Position numbers and translations under genes: made by a program. Below, one piece after another: positions 62,118-64,000 of a stretch of DNA of 64,000 nt. The stretch is from positions 24,383-88,382 of the forward strand of contig ONRL01000015.1 of NCBI GenBank assembly GCA_900320225.1, read 5' to 3'. The notes beneath the pieces were generated by a model. That model worked only from the letters and a program-made list of their open reading frames with translations, was not told where the DNA came from and made no database searches. The stretch comes from an uncultured Lentisphaerota bacterium. Its GTDB lineage: Bacteria > Verrucomicrobiota > Kiritimatiellia > RFP12 > UBA1067. The first letter of the stretch is position 1. The number at the start of each line of letters is the position of its first letter.

Positions 62118-63458
62118 ATGAATCAAACTGTTCAACCGATCAATTCTCGTCCGATGACAAGGGTAGAATTCAATACGTTCACCATTCGCACGTTGGTCGG
62201 ATGGTACGAGCGGGGTTTGCTGAATCTTGAACCGGAGTTTCAGAGAAAGTCGGTCTGGAAGAAGCAGCAGCGATCTAGGTTGATGAATTCCATTCTGCAT
62301 GGCTATCCACTTCCGAATGTGGCGATCTACAAACGGTATGATGAGAAGCTCCACTGTGTCCGTTACGATGTGATTGACGGCAAGCAGCGCCTAGAGTCCA
62401 TCTTGCTTTTTCTTGGAAAACTTAGAGGCGAAGATTCGCGTTTTGAGGCGGCGTTTACAGATTGGCGTGACGGAAGGGAATATACCGTCAAGCAGTCTTG
62501 GCGAGACATGTGCCCCAAAAACCAGGGTCAAATCATGAGATTCAAAATACCGGCCGTCTGGGTTCAGGGTGAGTTGCACGAGATACGTGAGATGTTTGTG
62601 CGAATCAATTCAACCGGCAAAGCACTGACTCATCAGGAAGTCCGCAACGCGAAGTACTTCAGTTCTGAATTCCTTCAGCGCATGATTCCCCTTGCCAGAC
62701 AGCTAAAGCGCAACTTCTTAGAAATGGGTGTCCTTTCTGAGAGTGAGATTCTTCGGATGAAGGATGTGGAATTTTGTTCGGAGCTGGTCCTTTCAGTCCT
62801 GCACGGAAACGTTCTCGACAAGAAACGCGCGCTTGATCAGTCAATGACGGATGGGTTCGTTGACATGCGGAGACTTCCAAAGGCGATACGAGACGTGAAG
62901 GCGACGATCCGGTATCTGGCCAAGCTGCTGCCCGACATTCGCGCAACGCGGTTCAAGAAACTTGCGGACTTCTACACGCTCGTGGTCCTGTTCGCGCGTT
63001 ACTTGCGAGAGGGGAAGACGCTGCAGAATGCTAAGGCGAAACGCGAGGCGGGATATCTGCTTGAGCGGTTCGGCGTTCTGGCGGACAAGGCGTACAAGTC
63101 GATCAGCGAATTCGACCGAGAGGCGGAGATTGATCCAAATGCGTTGACGTACATCCAGACAGTTCGCGAGGGCGGCGACACTGCGGCACACCGTCGCGAG
63201 CGAGAGAGGATTGTGGAAAACATCTTGGAGAATGTCTTTGACCAGAAAGACCGCCATCGCACGTTCACAGAAGTTCAGCGGCGAATCATCTGGGCGAATA
63301 CGAAGCGCAAGAAGTGTTACAGGTGCGGGCGCGAGTTGAAATGGTCGAACTTCGAGATCGACCATGTCTATCCTTACAGCAAGGGCGGCAAGACAACGAT
63401 AGAGAACAGTGCAATCATCTGCAAGCGCTGCAATTGCAAGAAAGGCGCAAAGGTTTGA
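62118..63458 (+). CDS. DUF262 (ParB/GmrS-like NTPase) + C-terminal HNH/DUF1524-like nuclease: GmrSD/BrxU-family type IV restriction enzyme
   Basis: LEPEFQRKSVW and DGKQRLESI (DUF262 motifs); CYRCGRELKWSNFEIDHVYPYSKGGKTTIENSAIICKRCN (HNH). Confidence 0.7.
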   Translation: MNQTVQPINSRPMTRVEFNTFTIRTLVGWYERGLLNLEPEFQRKSVWKKQQRSRLMNSILHGYPLPNVAIYKRYDEKLHCVRYDVIDGKQRLESILLFLGKLRGEDSRFEAAFTDWRDGREYTVKQSWRDMCPKNQGQIMRFKIPAVWVQGELHEIREMFVRINSTGKALTHQEVRNAKYFSSEFLQRMIPLARQLKRNFLEMGVLSESEILRMKDVEFCSELVLSVLHGNVLDKKRALDQSMTDGFVDMRRLPKAIRDVKATIRYLAKLLPDIRATRFKKLADFYTLVVLFARYLREGKTLQNAKAKREAGYLLERFGVLADKAYKSISEFDREAEIDPNALTYIQTVREGGDTAAHRRERERIVENILENVFDQKDRHRTFTEVQRRIIWANTKRKKCYRCGRELKWSNFEIDHVYPYSKGGKTTIENSAIICKRCNCKKGAKV

Positions 63459-63515
63459 TGCTAGCACTCGGCTTCTGCCCCGGACGGGGGACGGATTGTA
63501 AAAGGAGGGAATAGG

Positions 63516-64000
63516 ATGAAGGTAATTCTGAGCAGAAAAGGTTTTGACAGTGTCAATGGTAAGATGCCAAGTGCCATAATGCCGAACGGCGATGTCGTTT
63601 CTTTCCCGATTCCTTCAGGTGACAAGACCACATTTGACGACTTACGATATAGGGATGTCTCTTATAAGCAAATATTGGATTCTCTTGTACAAAAGAAATC
63701 TGGATGCAGGGATATTCCTTGGCGACATTGTCACATTGATCCGGATCTGGATAAGACGCGTTGGAAGAAAACACCCCATCATAATTGGAAGCCGGCTTTC
63801 GGCCCGTCATGGAACGTATGGCACTATCTGAAAGAGACGGTTGGGATTCAAAAGAATGATGTATTTCTTTTCTTTGGGACATTTCACTTTTTAACCCAGA
63901 AGGCGCCTAGAGGTTTCGAGTACGCCGCTCGAACCGGCGATTTCTTTCATGACTCGGACTTGCATCTCATCTGGGGATATTTGCAAGTCGGGAACATCAT
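63516..64000 (+). CDS. partial ORF (5' part only, runs off window); N-terminus MKVILSRKGFDSVNGKMPSAIMPNG resembles the Nmad3 (nucleotide-modification-associated domain 3) family, tentative
   Basis: AAAGGAGGG RBS 7 nt upstream; open for 161 codons to window end; family assignment from memory of the Nmad3 N-terminal signature, unverified. Confidence 0.35.
   Translation, partial: MKVILSRKGFDSVNGKMPSAIMPNGDVVSFPIPSGDKTTFDDLRYRDVSYKQILDSLVQKKSGCRDIPWRHCHIDPDLDKTRWKKTPHHNWKPAFGPSWNVWHYLKETVGIQKNDVFLFFGTFHFLTQKAPRGFEYAARTGDFFHDSDLHLIWGYLQVGNI

Overview
This is high-GC (~65%) bacterial chromosomal DNA, possibly from the PVC superphylum (low-confidence guess from gene content). Almost all genes are on the + strand. 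The long antisense ORFs in the track are GC-driven artefacts. From ~1 to 47.2 kb the window is core genome. It begins with a type IV pilus assembly/secretin cluster: a pilM-pilN fusion, a frameshifted pilO-like gene, a pilP-like gene and a pilQ secretin with tandem-repeat N-terminus. Housekeeping genes follow: coaE, rho with a repeat-containing N-terminal extension, a TPR membrane protein, uvrA, purL, xseB, a GHKL ATPase, rny, valS and an aminotransferase. A partly degraded, lower-GC Ser/Thr-kinase/DUF1566 patch comes next, then a stand-alone IMP-cyclohydrolase domain gene behind a structured leader, and a Zn-ribbon-PTS-EIIA fusion. tRNA-Leu(CAA) and tRNA-Gly(UCC) lie on the minus strand. Downstream is a T2SS/T4P-like operon (gspE/pilB, an embedded 2-hydroxyacid dehydrogenase, gspF, pseudopilins G-K), then djlA and a ferredoxin-nitroreductase. 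The most unusual feature of the core region is several families of short palindromic (REP/BIME-like) elements. They occur between genes and also inserted in frame inside conserved genes (coaE, uvrA twice, purL, valS twice, one hypothetical), reminiscent of Rickettsia RPEs. Clusters of these palindromes plus CCAACC microsatellites delimit two small cassettes: a hipBA toxin-antitoxin pair and a DUF4062/AlbA_2 protein. They also mark the left boundary of a lower-GC (~45-50%) defence island, from ~47.4 kb to beyond the window end. The island contains a tightly coupled 4-5 gene operon (C5 DNA methyltransferase, MORC-like GHKL ATPase, receiver-like protein, DUF2971 protein, hypothetical) that looks like an undescribed defence/R-M-like system. 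It also contains an enlarged McrBC-like pair, a Septu-like AAA-ATPase + HNH pair, a DUF262-HNH (GmrSD/BrxU-like) enzyme and a partial Nmad3-like gene. Two of the modules are preceded by paralogous small ORFs (MGLVKTRRL...). Several conserved genes (pilO-like, purL, valS, the dehydrogenase) carry apparent frameshifts. At least the purL one sits in a C-homopolymer, so these may be sequencing errors. All calls come from reading the sequence and from family knowledge; no database search was possible.
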